A DNA stretch of 64,000 nt, taken from assembly GCA_016186955.1 (NCBI GenBank), contig JACPKP010000004.1, positions 71,288-135,287 of the forward strand. The letters run 5' to 3'. The position numbers and the translations under genes were made by a program. The first letter of the stretch is position 1. Each line of letters opens with the position of its first letter. Origin of the DNA: Candidatus Daviesbacteria bacterium (GTDB lineage Bacteria > Patescibacteriota > Microgenomatia > Daviesbacterales > UBA10151). The notes beneath the pieces were generated by a model. That model searched no databases. It saw only the letters and a program-made list of their open reading frames with translations, and was not told where the DNA came from. Below, in pieces: positions 27,717 through 36,264 of the stretch.

Positions 27717-28475
27717 ATGCTTAAATACAGGCTATATATTTTCATGGCTGTTTTCGGACTGGTTGCGTTCCTTTTAGTGACCTCGGTTGTAAATTTTAAT
27801 GACAGGATATTCCAGTATTTATTCTCTAAGCCCGCTTCCAGAGCCCAGGCTGTTGATGAAACACCTTTAGTCGATTTAAAGATTACGTATAGCGGTACTA
27901 TAAGAGATGAGGTGTTGGATGTCCCCAAGAATACGCAGGGGATAACCTTAAGCTGGACCACCACCCAAAATCCGGTTTCATGCACTGGCTTGGGTTACGG
28001 CTTGACTGATAAGGATGAGTCCTGGAATGGCCCCAAAGACCCTAAAGGGGGAACCTTTAAAATTAAAAAGTTAAATTCCAATAACCCCTATGTCTATACG
28101 ATTAACTGTTCCAATGATCAGGGTGACGGCAGCGGGGATAGTGTAACTATCAACATAGGCGCATCCGATAATTTTATTTCACCATATATAACTACATTCG
28201 ATATTTTTTTGGGCAGTAAGAACTATGACCAGGCAAGCTTTATAAATGTCAAAAAGGGTGATGTTGTTACCATCAACTGGAAGACACTCAACCTTGCCAC
28301 ACCTTACTCAATATGTGTTGTGTCCGGCTCTGTAAATAAAAGCTTTACCAGTATTAACGGCTATAAAGCAAGAGAGGAGATTAAGATAGCAGGGGATAAG
28401 ATTTTTAAATATGCAATATATTGCAGCAATGAGCATGGTTTTACCAAGCAGAGCGCTGCATTTTTCCCGGAATAA
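27717..28475 (+). CDS. hypothetical secreted protein
   Basis: N-terminal signal/TM segment followed by a beta-rich sequence. Confidence 0.45.
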   Translation: MLKYRLYIFMAVFGLVAFLLVTSVVNFNDRIFQYLFSKPASRAQAVDETPLVDLKITYSGTIRDEVLDVPKNTQGITLSWTTTQNPVSCTGLGYGLTDKDESWNGPKDPKGGTFKIKKLNSNNPYVYTINCSNDQGDGSGDSVTINIGASDNFISPYITTFDIFLGSKNYDQASFINVKKGDVVTINWKTLNLATPYSICVVSGSVNKSFTSINGYKAREEIKIAGDKIFKYAIYCSNEHGFTKQSAAFFPE

Positions 28476-28478
28476 ATT

Positions 28479-29903
28479 ATGGCTATACCAGCGCTACCAA
28501 CACCTACATTGACACCTGCACCAGCGCCTGCGCCGGCGCCGCCAAACCAAGTAAGCAATGGTCAACCAAAAGCCGATGAACAGCAAAAAAAGATTAATTT
28601 TTTGGAAAAAATTATTGAAATCAATATCGGTTTGAATTTAGCAGTAGGAGGGATTTTGCTGTTTGTACTGATACTTGTTTTTGCTTGGCGTTTGAATCTG
28701 ATTAATGTTTTCGGGCCTAAGGAGGCAAACAAACCTGCTTCTGCGCCTGCTGTTGTGGTTAAACCTGCGGCAGTTGCCCAGGATCTGGATGATAAAACAG
28801 CTCCGGCAATTTTTATCAGCAAGCAGGGCTTGGATATCAAAAAAGCCTTTCAAGCTAAACCCAATGATTTGCGTTTGACAATTAGCGGCCAGCTTAAAAA
28901 AGAGGTTTTGGGATTTTTGCCTTATTGGGCTTTAGCTGAAAGCGGGGATATCAACATTAACCTTTTAACATCCGTAAGTTACTTCGGGTTGGAGGTAGAC
29001 GGTAACGGTAATATTATCAAAACCGACGCAGGAGGCAATATTATTGAACCCTGGTTCCATTTCCAATCCGACCCTAAGTTTTCGGAATTTATAAAAAGGG
29101 TCAAAAGAAACAGGACTAAAATTTACCTGACACTTAAATGTTTTAACCAGGCCAATATTGTCCGTTTGGTGACGGATGAGGAAGCAATAAATAATTTTGT
29201 AAATAATGCTGTTTATCTTGTCAATTCCAGGTCGCTGGACGGCATAAATCTGGATTTTGAATATATAGGCACTCCTGACCAGGCTGTCACAGATGGTTTT
29301 TCCCTACTGGTTATAAAGCTCAATAAGGAGTTGAAAAGGGAAAATCCTAAAACCAAATTAACTATAGATACTTTTATTGATGCTGCATCCAACACCAGGA
29401 TCCATGATGTGCCTATTTTAGCTGCAAACAGTGACGGTTTGGTTATAATGGGCTATGATTTTCATACCCCTGATTCCTCTGCCCCGGGTCCGATTGCACC
29501 TATGGAAGGGGCAGGAATTTCCGTTACAGGTCTGATGAGCAGCTACCTGGAAAAAGCTCCGGCAGATAAGTTGATTTTAGCAATTGCGTATTATGGCTAT
29601 GATTGGCCCACTACTGGTGGGAGGGCAGATGTAAAAGCATTGACTTATGCTGAAATTGCGGATAATAATAAAAACTCCCAGATTAACTGGGATGAAAATG
29701 CCCAGTCGCCATGGTACTCATACAAAGATCCGCAAGAGGGAGGGCAAGTCAGGACAGTATATTTTGAAAACCCGCGTTCATTAGGGGTCAAATATGACTT
29801 TGTAAACCAAAAAAAACTGCAGGGGATGGGGATTTGGGCGCTGGGTATGGATGGTAAAAGGACAGACCTGTTGCATCTTTTGTCTGACAAATTCTCTTAC
29901 TAA
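28479..29903 (+). CDS. glycoside hydrolase family 18 (chitinase-like) protein with an N-terminal Pro/Ala-rich linker and a TM segment
   Basis: 'LDGINLDFEYIG' is the GH18 DxxDxDxE catalytic motif. 'MGIWALGMD' is also present. Confidence 0.75.
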   Translation: MAIPALPTPTLTPAPAPAPAPPNQVSNGQPKADEQQKKINFLEKIIEINIGLNLAVGGILLFVLILVFAWRLNLINVFGPKEANKPASAPAVVVKPAAVAQDLDDKTAPAIFISKQGLDIKKAFQAKPNDLRLTISGQLKKEVLGFLPYWALAESGDININLLTSVSYFGLEVDGNGNIIKTDAGGNIIEPWFHFQSDPKFSEFIKRVKRNRTKIYLTLKCFNQANIVRLVTDEEAINNFVNNAVYLVNSRSLDGINLDFEYIGTPDQAVTDGFSLLVIKLNKELKRENPKTKLTIDTFIDAASNTRIHDVPILAANSDGLVIMGYDFHTPDSSAPGPIAPMEGAGISVTGLMSSYLEKAPADKLILAIAYYGYDWPTTGGRADVKALTYAEIADNNKNSQINWDENAQSPWYSYKDPQEGGQVRTVYFENPRSLGVKYDFVNQKKLQGMGIWALGMDGKRTDLLHLLSDKFSY

Positions 29904-29904
29904 G

Positions 29905-30340
29905 TTGGCGCCCCTGGAGGGGTTTGAAGAGGGCTGCGGGGTTTACCCCGCAGCCCACCAAGACCTTAGTCAAAACTATCGTAAGGTCCCATGTCTATGG
30001 TACGGCCGCAACACAGGCAAAGAGCCACCTGGTAGCCGAAAGTTGTGGTTATGAGTCTAGTCCTCCCACATTTCCGGCACCGTTGGTCCTGTACCTTTTC
30101 GCGGCGGGCCATTGGTTGGGTGCAGCAGCTCGTATGCCCGTAAACCAGGGTTCCCAAGAACCCCGGATCGGGCTCGTAGCGTACCTGCCCAACGTTTTCC
30201 CACTCCGGCGAGTGGTTCAGACACATGCCGTGAGGACACGGGGAGTGGGATTTCTGAACCACCTGCTTGCCATGGTCCATGGCAAACCTCCTTATTTGCT
30301 CACCCTTTTACAGGGTGACGCAGGCATTTTATAGTAAACT
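29905..30340. ncRNA. GC-rich, highly structured ~430-nt non-coding segment next to tRNA-Arg. It is a candidate structured RNA or a foreign GC-rich insert.
   Basis: GC content is very different from the flanks, and multiple perfect hairpins occur, for example 'gggctgcggggtttaccccgcagccc'. Six-frame ORFs overlap on both strands, which indicates non-coding sequence. No RNase P or tmRNA signature was recognised by eye. Confidence 0.35.
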
Positions 30341-30359
30341 TAAACAAAAAGCAAGCCTA

Positions 30360-30435
30360 TGGCGCGCCTGGAGGGAGTCGAACCCCCAACCCCGTGGTCC
30401 GAAGCCACGTGCTCTATCCATTGAGCTACAGGCGC
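30360..30435 (-). tRNA. tRNA-Arg (anticodon UCG), with encoded CCA
   Basis: The reverse complement is GCGCCTGTAGCTCAATGGATAGAGCACGTGGCTTCGGACCACGGGGTTGGGGGTTCGACTCCCTCCAGGCGCGCCA. The anticodon loop is CUUCGGA. Confidence 0.85.
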
Positions 30436-30547
30436 AAAGTCAAACTCTGCCTACCCATTTTATCAGCTTCCGCTTTGGTAATCAAAATCTGTATCTGAAA
30501 TCCGATATCAGATATCAGAAATTGGGGGTATTGTTTTTTACAAAATC

Positions 30548-31270
30548 ATGGTATTATCCAAAAGAAGTATGCCAAGAAAAGAAAGCCTAAAAACTACCAA
30601 ACCGAAAAAGAAAAAGGTTGTCGGGAAGAAGCTTACTGAGGATTTAGATTCAAGCGGGGGAACATATTTTAGCGCTATCAGGAAACTGGCTTCAAAAAAA
30701 ACTTACTATATCCTTTTGCTTGTGATGGGATTTTTAATATTTGTATATCTTATGAGCAGGTTCTTAGTGGTTGCTTGGGTAGACAAAATGCCTGTCTCAA
30801 GGATCAAATACTTAAGCGAACTGGATAAAAAATACGGTAAGGAAGTAAAGGAGCAGTTAATAGTTGAAAAACTGTTGGAAAATGAGGCTAAAAAGAAAAA
30901 TGTAATAGTTTCAGCCCCAGATATTGCCAATGAAACCAAAAGGATTGAGGATGCCCAGGGAGGCGCAGACCAGTTGAACCAGATTCTTGAGGTTCAAGGG
31001 ATAAGCAAAGATGAATTTAAAAAACTGGTCAGGCTGCAAATTTTAAAGCAGAAAGTATTTGGCGGGGATGCTGCTATTACTGATGAAGAGGTCAACAAAT
31101 ATATAGAAACTAACAAAGAGCAATTTAAAGATATTGACAAAGAAGCCAGTACGGCAGCAAAAACTAAAGAGATGTTAAAAGAGCAACTGAGGCAGCAAAA
31201 GATAAATGCCAGCTTCAATAGTTTCCTGGGTGATGCATTAAAAGGCCCTAGGGTGGTAAGAATACAATAA
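30548..31270 (+). CDS. membrane-anchored SurA-N-like / PpiC-type chaperone-like protein (tentative)
   Basis: TM segment and a helical 'SurA N-terminal domain'-like region. The start may be the internal M (MPRKES). Confidence 0.45.
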   Translation: MVLSKRSMPRKESLKTTKPKKKKVVGKKLTEDLDSSGGTYFSAIRKLASKKTYYILLLVMGFLIFVYLMSRFLVVAWVDKMPVSRIKYLSELDKKYGKEVKEQLIVEKLLENEAKKKNVIVSAPDIANETKRIEDAQGGADQLNQILEVQGISKDEFKKLVRLQILKQKVFGGDAAITDEEVNKYIETNKEQFKDIDKEASTAAKTKEMLKEQLRQQKINASFNSFLGDALKGPRVVRIQ

Positions 31271-31286
31271 CTCCGGAACTATAACG

Positions 31287-31943
31287 TCATTTTCTGTCAA
31301 GACAGGGTGTTGTAAAGATTGAGGCCAGCATCCCGAAGGAGCTTCCAAGCAACAACCCTCCTAAAACATCACTGGCCCAGTGCTCCCCCAGGTAAATCCT
31401 GGAAAAAAGCATTATAAAAAGAAATAAGGCAAGAATAAACAAAACAATTTTTTTACGCCTGTATTTTCCGAAATATACAAAAGCCAAAAAAATGACAATT
31501 AAAAATGTTGTCCTGGTAACATGGCCGGACGGGTATGAATACCCTGTTTGGATAAATTGACTTGGCAGGTTAAAATGGAGGATTCCTCTATATAATGCAA
31601 CCGGTGGACCGCTATGATGTATAAAAAACTTACCTGCGAGTTCAATTAACGAAATAACCGGAAAAAGCGTCAACCCCAGCAGTGCAAGGTAATTTTTTTT
31701 AACCAGCCACTGGATAGCTAAAATAATCAGTATAAAGGTTGTAATTTCTGCCGAGCCCAGAAGTGAAAACATTGAAAAAAACAGGTCAAATATCCTTGGT
31801 ATATTCTGCTGCAAAACATCAGTCAAAAAAATATCAAGCGCCAAAGTATCATATTGTGCAACAAATACCGAAAGAAGGATAAACGACAAAAAAAGTAAAC
31901 AGGCTTTGGTAAAAAATTTTTTTTGAACTTCAAAAAAATACAT
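31287..31943 (-). CDS. PAP2-family membrane phosphatase
   Basis: 'SYPSGHVTRTT...GEHWASDVLGG' is the PAP2 KxxxxxxRP / PSGH / SRxxxxxHxxxD-like motif set. Multiple TM segments are present. Confidence 0.75.
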   Translation of the reverse strand: MYFFEVQKKFFTKACLLFLSFILLSVFVAQYDTLALDIFLTDVLQQNIPRIFDLFFSMFSLLGSAEITTFILIILAIQWLVKKNYLALLGLTLFPVISLIELAGKFFIHHSGPPVALYRGILHFNLPSQFIQTGYSYPSGHVTRTTFLIVIFLAFVYFGKYRRKKIVLFILALFLFIMLFSRIYLGEHWASDVLGGLLLGSSFGMLASIFTTPCLDRK

Positions 31944-31949
31944 AAAAAT

Positions 31950-32444
31950 TTAGCCTACCACCAAATATAAAGAGATAACAATTGCCGAAAGTTGCCAGAT
32001 ATCACGGACCCCAAACATTAAGCAGTTATCCCCTCTGCCATGCCAGTGCAACCATTGGTGAAAATTATTCTCATATTTAATAAATCCCTGTTTCGGGAGC
32101 GCTTTTATATAGATTAAGCCATCTAAAACATCAGGCAGTTGTGCACCGCCTATCCCAAACAGTATATAAAAAAACCTTAACCCAATCTGGTCTTTTAAAA
32201 AAGCAGCTGCCAAAAAGATTATTATCCCAAGTAAAAGGTCAAAAATAATGACAGGTATAATTTGAGTTTTATAATCACGCATTTTTATAAAATGCCCGTG
32301 GGGTATAAAATCAGTTATATAATGAGAAATTATTCCGGTTACGCCTGCTGCTAAAAGCCCTGGTAATAAACCGGTTTCTCCAAAGATTTGATATGTAAAA
32401 ACGCCTGCAAAAGCCCCTACAGCTGTATGGCCAATAGCAACCAT
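31950..32444 (-). CDS. membrane-bound metal-dependent hydrolase, YdjM/DUF457-like
   Basis: Polytopic protein with 'SHYITDFIPHGHF'. Confidence 0.45.
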   Translation of the reverse strand: MVAIGHTAVGAFAGVFTYQIFGETGLLPGLLAAGVTGIISHYITDFIPHGHFIKMRDYKTQIIPVIIFDLLLGIIIFLAAAFLKDQIGLRFFYILFGIGGAQLPDVLDGLIYIKALPKQGFIKYENNFHQWLHWHGRGDNCLMFGVRDIWQLSAIVISLYLVVG

Positions 32445-32462
32445 TTATAGATAATATACAAT

Positions 32463-35264
32463 TTACAGGTATTTGGCAATTAACTTTTGGATGGATTCAG
32501 TATTTGGGACAACCATGTCTAGATTTATCTTATCTGCAGGCGGGGCCGGGACATTTTTTGAGCCAATAAGCAACGGGCCTTTTTGATCGACCATATATTT
32601 TATGGAGATATCTTCAAACTCCTTATTAGTGGTTAGCCTTTTTATAATCTGGTTGCCAAAGCCTTTTGACTCTGTTTCCTGGTGGGCAACAATAATCCTG
32701 CCGCTGCCTTCTTTGAGAAATATGTGGAGGTCTTCGGTTGGAAAAGGACGCAGGGAAATCAGATCCAAAAGACCGATATTGGTTTTGCCGGATTGTTCAA
32801 TCGCATCCAAAATTGTGTTGACCATCGGGCCATAGGAGATAAACTGAAGCTTACCCCCTTCTTTTACCAACCTGGCCCTACCCGGAGTCCAAAGTCCGGT
32901 TCCCAGCTCAAATTCCTCTCTCTTGCCCAAAATCCTGGTTTTGTCAACCATAAAGATATAAGGGTTGTTTTCGTAAAGCAGGCAATACCTTAAGAGTTTA
33001 TAAGTGGTTTGGGGGTTGCAGGTATAAAAAACATCAACACTCTCAGGAGTTTGGTAAGCTGCCGATGCCAGCTCATGGGAATGCATAAAACCACCTCCGG
33101 CTGATGCTCCGGATAAAAGCAATGTCCCAAAAGTTCTGGTGATCTGGCCTGATGTGGCATATAAGACACTGTCAAAAACATGGAAGGAGGGCCAAGCCTC
33201 AATTCCATAGTCAACATACTGGGGGTCATACAAAATCCGGTAGAACTTTTTTAAAGATTTTTCATCAGTTAGGGTGGTAGCCATTCCCTGCAGGTAATCG
33301 GAAACAGCCAATTCATCAATTTCAGTGTTATGCAGTCTCCCCGGGAATCTAGCAAATTTTTCAAATAACCCCTCTTCCTGCCTGAAATATCCTCCCGAAT
33401 GAATAATATGTTTCTCTTTTTCATTCCGCTCCTGGGAAACCGATAAACCTTTGTATATATCTGTGCCTCGAAGCAATACATTGGGATTTTCCTCCATTGC
33501 ACCATAAATCGCTTGTCTGATCGCTTCCGAAATATTCAATTTTAAAACATCTTTTGAATCAGGTTTTATAATTTCCGGGGTAGGCATCCTGATATGTTTG
33601 ACGGCATTTTCAGGCTTTGGTCGGTTCCTTTTAAAAACTTGGTCTAAGGCACCCTCAAACTCTTTTTTTGCCTCATGCTGCCAGTTTTGGATATCGGCAG
33701 GAGTGATATAACCTTTTTTGGTCCACAGGTTATTTGCAACTTCAACAGGGTCTACAATATCGTCAATAAGCTTTAGCAGTTGCAGGTGTACCTCATTATT
33801 CAATTTTGTTTCCCGGATAAACTTTTGCAATCGTTCTTTAAGTAAAATCTGGTTATCTGTTTGGGAAGGTTTAACCAGTGTATTTTCCAGAAATCTTGCA
33901 ACAGCCTCATCAGATGCGTATAGTTCCAAAAGGCTTTTTGCCTGTTGGATAAACTCTGCTGTCAGATGGTCTCCGTGGGCGCTGGAGTGGGGTAGCAGCC
34001 TGGATGTCATCGCCTCAATAATGGTTGGGCCGGCGTCTAAAAGAGCCCTGGTCGTGGCAAATCTCATGGCCAGATATAAACCATCTGGGTCATCTTTTCC
34101 GATCCGGATCCCTGGTATGCCTGCACCGTGCCCGTCTTTCCAAAGGTTTTTGTCGGCAACCACCTCATCAATATCCACCCCGATTGCTACACTATTATTG
34201 AAGATTACATCTATAACAGGGTTTTTGTTGGCAGCTTGCATTTTCAGGCTTTGCATAAGTTTTGGGTCAGCGCCATCCCCCAAACTGATCATTACCGCAG
34301 CCTTGGTATTTTTAAGCAGGATATCGCGGTAAGCGCCAGCGCGCATAGGCTTATCATAAACAATACCCTGTTTTTTGATTTCGCGAAGCCTCAGCCCGTC
34401 AGCATAGCCTGAAGCTGCCAGAATATGCCTTCCCACATTGGCAACACCATGAAAAACGCTGAGCACATTTTCACTGTTTATTTTCATCTTCAAGCAGATA
34501 TTTAATCCTTCGCCCGGCAGTGAACCTTTTATCCTGCAAAGTTCAGAAACTGCTTCATCAAAGGTCATAAAATTGCCCTTCGGATCGTCAAGGGGGTCTA
34601 AACGCATTGTCTCCATATGGGATCTGTAATAAGGCGCTACAACCGGTTGGGCATTAAATTCATCGCATGTATCAGCCAGGGCCTGTTGGGTGATAACCTG
34701 TGCCGTTTCAGCGCCCCTTGTCCCAAGATAGATTACGGTACCTCTCCCTTCACTTTCAGCTTTTTTTGCAGCCTTTTCCAGAAGCGTATCAGCCTCCCTG
34801 GCATAATTTATTTTTTTTGCCAGCTGACAGTATGTAAAAAGCGCCTCTTCCTGTCCCCATAAACGTTCAATTGTTAAAAATGTGCAGTAGGCATGCAGAG
34901 CCGCTTCAGCTTGCTCCATATCCCATCTCTCTTTAGCGCTTCTTTCTTTAATGTCCTCTAAAACCTTAGGGGTGAGTTTTTCATAGAGTAACTCTTTAAG
35001 CTGCAGGGGAGTGTTTTGGTCTTTGTAAAGGAAGGTGGCTGTCCCCAGGAATTTTCCGGCTCTCTCCGGGTTTAGATCATTTTTTTGGAAGATTTCATCA
35101 AATAGTTGTCTTGCGATCTGAATTTTGCGGTTTAACTGGACTGACTTACTTTTTAAAGATCCGATAAGAAGCGGGTCGTCTCCACCCGTTTCAAAATCAA
35201 GGTTTTTTAAAAGGCTAGGTTCGGACTCCATACTAAAAGCCCCTACCAGAAAGAGATTGTACAA
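32463..35264 (-). CDS. fused 2-oxoacid dehydrogenase E1 component (TPP-dependent E1 alpha and E1 beta in one polypeptide)
   Basis: The alpha part has 'ISLGDGA...' as the TPP-binding motif and 'RLLPHSSAHGDH'. The beta part has a transketolase-like Pyr domain and C-terminal domain ('GGGFMHSHELASAAYQ...', 'ISLRPFPTE'). The true start may be the internal M (MESEPS). Confidence 0.7.
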   Translation of the reverse strand: MYNLFLVGAFSMESEPSLLKNLDFETGGDDPLLIGSLKSKSVQLNRKIQIARQLFDEIFQKNDLNPERAGKFLGTATFLYKDQNTPLQLKELLYEKLTPKVLEDIKERSAKERWDMEQAEAALHAYCTFLTIERLWGQEEALFTYCQLAKKINYAREADTLLEKAAKKAESEGRGTVIYLGTRGAETAQVITQQALADTCDEFNAQPVVAPYYRSHMETMRLDPLDDPKGNFMTFDEAVSELCRIKGSLPGEGLNICLKMKINSENVLSVFHGVANVGRHILAASGYADGLRLREIKKQGIVYDKPMRAGAYRDILLKNTKAAVMISLGDGADPKLMQSLKMQAANKNPVIDVIFNNSVAIGVDIDEVVADKNLWKDGHGAGIPGIRIGKDDPDGLYLAMRFATTRALLDAGPTIIEAMTSRLLPHSSAHGDHLTAEFIQQAKSLLELYASDEAVARFLENTLVKPSQTDNQILLKERLQKFIRETKLNNEVHLQLLKLIDDIVDPVEVANNLWTKKGYITPADIQNWQHEAKKEFEGALDQVFKRNRPKPENAVKHIRMPTPEIIKPDSKDVLKLNISEAIRQAIYGAMEENPNVLLRGTDIYKGLSVSQERNEKEKHIIHSGGYFRQEEGLFEKFARFPGRLHNTEIDELAVSDYLQGMATTLTDEKSLKKFYRILYDPQYVDYGIEAWPSFHVFDSVLYATSGQITRTFGTLLLSGASAGGGFMHSHELASAAYQTPESVDVFYTCNPQTTYKLLRYCLLYENNPYIFMVDKTRILGKREEFELGTGLWTPGRARLVKEGGKLQFISYGPMVNTILDAIEQSGKTNIGLLDLISLRPFPTEDLHIFLKEGSGRIIVAHQETESKGFGNQIIKRLTTNKEFEDISIKYMVDQKGPLLIGSKNVPAPPADKINLDMVVPNTESIQKLIAKYL

Positions 35265-35306
35265 CTTCTACAAAGGAATGCAAGACTTGCTTTCTAATTT
35301 CATATC

Positions 35307-36149
35307 TCAAGTGAAGGTTGATGAAGTTAAGGGTTTTCTAAGACCTCTTCTTTTTGGAGGTTCAAGGGTTGATTTGATCTCATCTCTCAAATTACAAATC
35401 ATCCTCAGTCTTGCCAGTTCAGCGCTGTCTTCTTCTATATTTGGATTTGTTGCCATTATGGCCAGCTTCATGCGTAGTGGTCTGTTGTGCATAAAAACTA
35501 CCCGGTTTACTGCAACATTTAGCCGGTCTTGCGCCCATGATGTTTTTCCCTGCTCAAATATAACTTTAGCTTGTTCCACAAGTTCTTCAGGGGTATGCAT
35601 AATCAACATCAGATCATAGTGCAAAACCAACCCATGATTCCTATAAATCTCAGCAAAATATTCTCTCCTACCTTTGGCCTCTTGCCTTAAACTGTCAACA
35701 AATTCTTCATCTTCTTGACTACCCCGTAAAAATGCAGCATTAAGAAGCATCCTTTTATAAGCCTCCTCGCCTGTTAGGAGAAACCTTAATTTAGCAGGTT
35801 GTCTTCTACCTCTGGTATGAGCTTTTGAACCAGGAGGGAAAAGTACATCCCACTTTTTGACTTTTAAAGCATCAGCTATGCTTTTTGCTGTATCCTTTGT
35901 TGGGAATCCTCGGTTTGTTTCTATTAAATTTATTATTCTGCTAGGCACTCCGGCTTTTTTTGCAACACCCTCCTGAGTTAACTTATCCGCATTTTTTTTC
36001 TGGTCGCTTTTTCTTTCCATTACAAAAGCCCCGTTTGAATCCCGGTGTTCAGCTGTAATAGTCCTATCAGTAAAATCACTTTCTTTGAGCTTAAAAAGAT
36101 CTTCAATAGAAAAGAATGATTCGGGGACTAAAAATTCTTTTTGCGACAT
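35307..36149 (-). CDS. XRE-family HTH domain protein with a C-terminal uncharacterised domain
   Basis: 'LTQEGVAKKAGVPSRIINLIETNRGFPTKDTAKSIADAL' is the HTH_3 motif. Confidence 0.5.
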   Translation of the reverse strand: MSQKEFLVPESFFSIEDLFKLKESDFTDRTITAEHRDSNGAFVMERKSDQKKNADKLTQEGVAKKAGVPSRIINLIETNRGFPTKDTAKSIADALKVKKWDVLFPPGSKAHTRGRRQPAKLRFLLTGEEAYKRMLLNAAFLRGSQEDEEFVDSLRQEAKGRREYFAEIYRNHGLVLHYDLMLIMHTPEELVEQAKVIFEQGKTSWAQDRLNVAVNRVVFMHNRPLRMKLAIMATNPNIEEDSAELARLRMICNLRDEIKSTLEPPKRRGLRKPLTSSTFT

Positions 36150-36264
36150 ATTAGGGGGAATATAACTTACAAATTTTTGCTTGTCAACCCATTAATTAAT
36201 TCCACAATCTCCTATATTGACAAGGGGTGATGAATTTGAAATAGTGGATTTGCAATCATGCTAA

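Noticed and set aside
29851-30590. Multiple 60-136-aa ORFs on both strands in the GC-rich segment and across tRNA-Arg
   Set aside because: Mutually overlapping ORFs in every frame of a GC-rich hairpin-dense region, one of which crosses a tRNA. They are typical of non-coding GC-rich DNA.
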